The notes under the pieces: generated by a model
What the model saw: only the letters and a program-made list of their open reading frames with translations
The model's database searches: none
What the model was told of the DNA's origin: nothing
Part shown: piece after piece, positions 40,649 to 42,994 of the stretch
Layout: each line of letters opens with the position of its first letter
How positions within the stretch are numbered: the stretch's first letter is position 1
Origin: a virus
Taxonomy: Duplodnaviria; Caudoviricetes
Strand: one strand, 5' to 3'
DNA length: 42,994 nucleotides
Virus record (IMG/VR): IMGVR_UViG_3300022746_000034
Span: 1 to 42,994 of that record
Made by a program: the position numbers and the translations under genes

Positions 40649-42829
40649 TTAAATGCCCGATCCTTGATTAACTTTGATTGCAGCCTCAGCGTTGAACAGC
40701 TCGCGCTCGTTGTTGATCTGCAGTGAGGCCAAGCGTTCTTTGGATGCGATCTCCTCGCGGCTCATCTCGCCGTCTTGCGTCAGCTTGGCGATCTCGATCT
40801 CGCGCGTCAGGTTCGCATCGGTCATGGCAATGTCGTATTCGCCCTGCTCTTTTTGCTGCTCGAATGCACGCTGCGCCTTGGCATCTTCCAGCTTCGCTGT
40901 CTCGGTCTGAGCCTTGATCTGCGCGGCCTGAATGCGTGGGTCTGCTGGCGCACCCTGCTGGGCTTGCTGCTCTTGCCACTGCTTGAACTCATCTTCCGAC
41001 TTCATCAGCTCATCTGGGTTCACCTTGAACGCCTTCAGGATCGCGGTCAACTCTGCGCGGTCCTTCATGTAGGGGACGTAGCGTGCGTTGTTCGTGATGT
41101 TGGCCAAGTTCAGCAGGGCTTGGTTCTGGATGTCGCGCTCGATCAGCGCAGTGCTGCCGCGGGCGTCGATCTCGTAGTCGCCCTTGATCTCTGGATCAGG
41201 GTCGTTGGCCATCTTCCAGTCGTAGTAGCGACCGATGTGTGGGCGTGTGATGCAGTCGTCATACAGCTTTACGCGCTGGCGCAGCACGCTGTTGGCGTTG
41301 TTGTACAGCATGACCATGCCGCCGACGGTCTCGGGCGCGCTACCCTTCTCGCCACCCATGAGCTGAGGCATGCCTGTCTCTTGCTCGGCAAATGTCATGG
41401 CGGCCTGAGCGATGGCCAACAACTCTTGCAGGTGACTGTTGAACTCGAACACGCTGAAGGCTTTGCTCACGTCCTCGGTGTCGTCCTTGGCCAACCAGAT
41501 CTTGTTGGGCGTGATCTCGTAGCTGCCATTCTGTGGGATGACCATGCCCTTGCGCATGACAACCTGACCGCCAAGCGAGGTGCGTCCGTTGTCCATCACC
41601 TGTCGCCAAGCAGAGTTCACCACGCGCTGCTGGTGCTCCAGCTCGTCGCACAGGCCGTAGCCGTAGGGCGAGTCGTCGGACTTGCGCCAGCACCACACGT
41701 CGACGGGCAGGCTCTTGTCCTCGACCCAAGACTCCATGGCGCCGATGATCTTGTCGTTGACCATGATCAGCAAACCGAAGTCGACGTCTGTCAACGGGTC
41801 TGCGTTGGTGCGCATGGTCAGCAATTCCATCTCGTCGGGCTCGATCTCGCCGTGGTAGGTCCACATCTCGTAGCTGTCTTCCTTGATCACGTCACGCATG
41901 ACGCGGCCCTCGGCCACACGGATGCGGTTGGGCGGGGAGCGCAGCACTTCGCGGATTGCGTCAGCGTCATAGCCGGGAATGCCCACGAGGCGGCGCAATT
42001 CCTTGCGGGTGACGTCGCGGCGGATGAAAAAACCACGGCCGCGCTGGTGGTCGTTGCCACACGCTGGGTCGAAGAAGGTATTCCACGGGTCCAGCGACTC
42101 GGACGACGGGACGATTTTTTCGTTGATTTGAAGCGTCTGCATGCCACCGGGCTGGGGTATCCACACCTTGCTGCTTTGGCGGGCCGGGAAGGGGCCATGC
42201 ATGATGCCTGTGCCCAGTCGCACAGCGTTGTCGATCAACTCGCGGCTCTGGCCGTTGTAGCCAGCCTCTGTCAGGCTGTCGTCGATGGACTTCTCCATGG
42301 CGTCGGCAGACTTCTTGGCAGCCTCGACCACGACCTGAGCCTCTTGGTTTGCAGTCATGCCGGTGGGTTGACCAGTCATTGGGTCGACGGTGGGGCGCTC
42401 GTCGCCGTGCATGTTGGCCAGCTCAGGCACTGGCGTGGGCTTGATGCCCCAGTTCTTGTCGTCGGTGGGGAACAGAATCTCGCACATGCGCGCGATGGCC
42501 TGATCCACCTTGGGACGCACGATGTTGACCACCACACGTGAGCGATTGCCGTCCGTGACCTTGCGGGCGGGCGGCCCGTTACGTAACGTGTTCTCAAACT
42601 CGCCGGTGGTGGTGTTGTGCTCACCCCAGTAGAGCTGAGCTGCGCGGCGCCAGCGTTTCTCGACGTTGCTCTGGGCGCGATGCTGCACCCACTTGTCGCG
42701 CAGTTGAGAGAACATGCCGTGCAGCTTCGTCACCTCTTGGTTGACGTGCTGGTCATACTGCTCTTTGGTCATGACCTCGTTGCCATCGATCACGGCAAGG
42801 TGCTGTTTGTTTTCGTCTGGGTTGTGCAT
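40649..42829 (-). CDS. portal protein (P22-like, C-terminal coiled-coil barrel)
   Basis: 726 aa after terminase; VNIVRPKV, AVRLGTGI, YGYGL, QETG, DARGS; Gln/Glu-rich tail. Confidence 0.88.
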   Translation of the reverse strand: MHNPDENKQHLAVIDGNEVMTKEQYDQHVNQEVTKLHGMFSQLRDKWVQHRAQSNVEKRWRRAAQLYWGEHNTTTGEFENTLRNGPPARKVTDGNRSRVVVNIVRPKVDQAIARMCEILFPTDDKNWGIKPTPVPELANMHGDERPTVDPMTGQPTGMTANQEAQVVVEAAKKSADAMEKSIDDSLTEAGYNGQSRELIDNAVRLGTGIMHGPFPARQSSKVWIPQPGGMQTLQINEKIVPSSESLDPWNTFFDPACGNDHQRGRGFFIRRDVTRKELRRLVGIPGYDADAIREVLRSPPNRIRVAEGRVMRDVIKEDSYEMWTYHGEIEPDEMELLTMRTNADPLTDVDFGLLIMVNDKIIGAMESWVEDKSLPVDVWCWRKSDDSPYGYGLCDELEHQQRVVNSAWRQVMDNGRTSLGGQVVMRKGMVIPQNGSYEITPNKIWLAKDDTEDVSKAFSVFEFNSHLQELLAIAQAAMTFAEQETGMPQLMGGEKGSAPETVGGMVMLYNNANSVLRQRVKLYDDCITRPHIGRYYDWKMANDPDPEIKGDYEIDARGSTALIERDIQNQALLNLANITNNARYVPYMKDRAELTAILKAFKVNPDELMKSEDEFKQWQEQQAQQGAPADPRIQAAQIKAQTETAKLEDAKAQRAFEQQKEQGEYDIAMTDANLTREIEIAKLTQDGEMSREEIASKERLASLQINNERELFNAEAAIKVNQGSGI

Positions 42830-42831
42830 GG

Positions 42832-42993
42832 TTAATACCCTGTGACCTCATCGAGAGCAGCCCACGCGTGGTGCTGCCCAGTTGGAACAACCCAGTCGTC
42901 TTTCTTCTCGACCGGGTAAGCGAATGTCAGAGCCAAGCTATCAGCTCGGTCTGGGGATTTGATGCCGCGCTTCTTGGCGTCTTGCTTGCTCTC
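42832..42993 (-). CDS. terL: terminase large subunit, C-terminal fragment (partial)
   Basis: Manual translation ESKQDAKKRGIKSPDRADSLALTFAYP...; directly upstream of the portal. Confidence 0.85.
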   Translation of the reverse strand, partial: ESKQDAKKRGIKSPDRADSLALTFAYPVEKKDDWVVPTGQHHAWAALDEVTGY

Positions 42994-42994
42994 G

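Noticed and set aside
38251-42541. Long + strand ORFs (38251-39339, 362 aa; 40775-42541, 588 aa)
   Set aside because: They are antisense mirrors of the capsid and portal genes, with shadow-type composition and no independent signals
1-42994. Prophage boundaries, integrase or host genes
   Set aside because: None visible; the whole window appears phage-derived and lifestyle cannot be determined from it

Overview
About 43 kb of a tailed dsDNA phage with podovirus-type morphogenesis genes (N4-gp56-like major capsid protein, P22-like portal). A betaproteobacterial or freshwater host is only an inference. The left arm (+ strand, 1-11631) holds small early genes behind three copies of a conserved promoter/operator motif, a Sak4-like ATPase / DUF669 SSB / PD-(D/E)XK exonuclease / SF2 helicase module, candidate structured RNAs, two MazG-like NTP pyrophosphatases and a Tad2 (DUF2829)-like anti-defence protein. 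The right arm (- strand, 42994 to 11657) runs: terminase C-terminus, portal, scaffold, capsid, adaptor, nozzle, a 1611-aa tail fibre with S74 chaperone, a lysis cassette (GH19 endolysin, nested Rz/Rz1), internal virion proteins, a 2449-aa polyvalent protein, a ferritin and a 908-aa virion protein. The arms converge on a bidirectional terminator. The most striking observation is that the 2449-aa polyvalent gene (ParB-like, HExxH, GNAT-like, two ART-like and zeta-toxin-like domains) carries four small same-strand +1-frame ORFs in its inter-domain linkers, each with a good Shine-Dalgarno. The one after the zeta domain is preceded by an exact 18-bp copy of the phage early promoter motif, suggesting embedded antitoxin/immunity genes and early expression of the downstream ferritin. 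All family assignments come from motif recognition by eye, not database searches.
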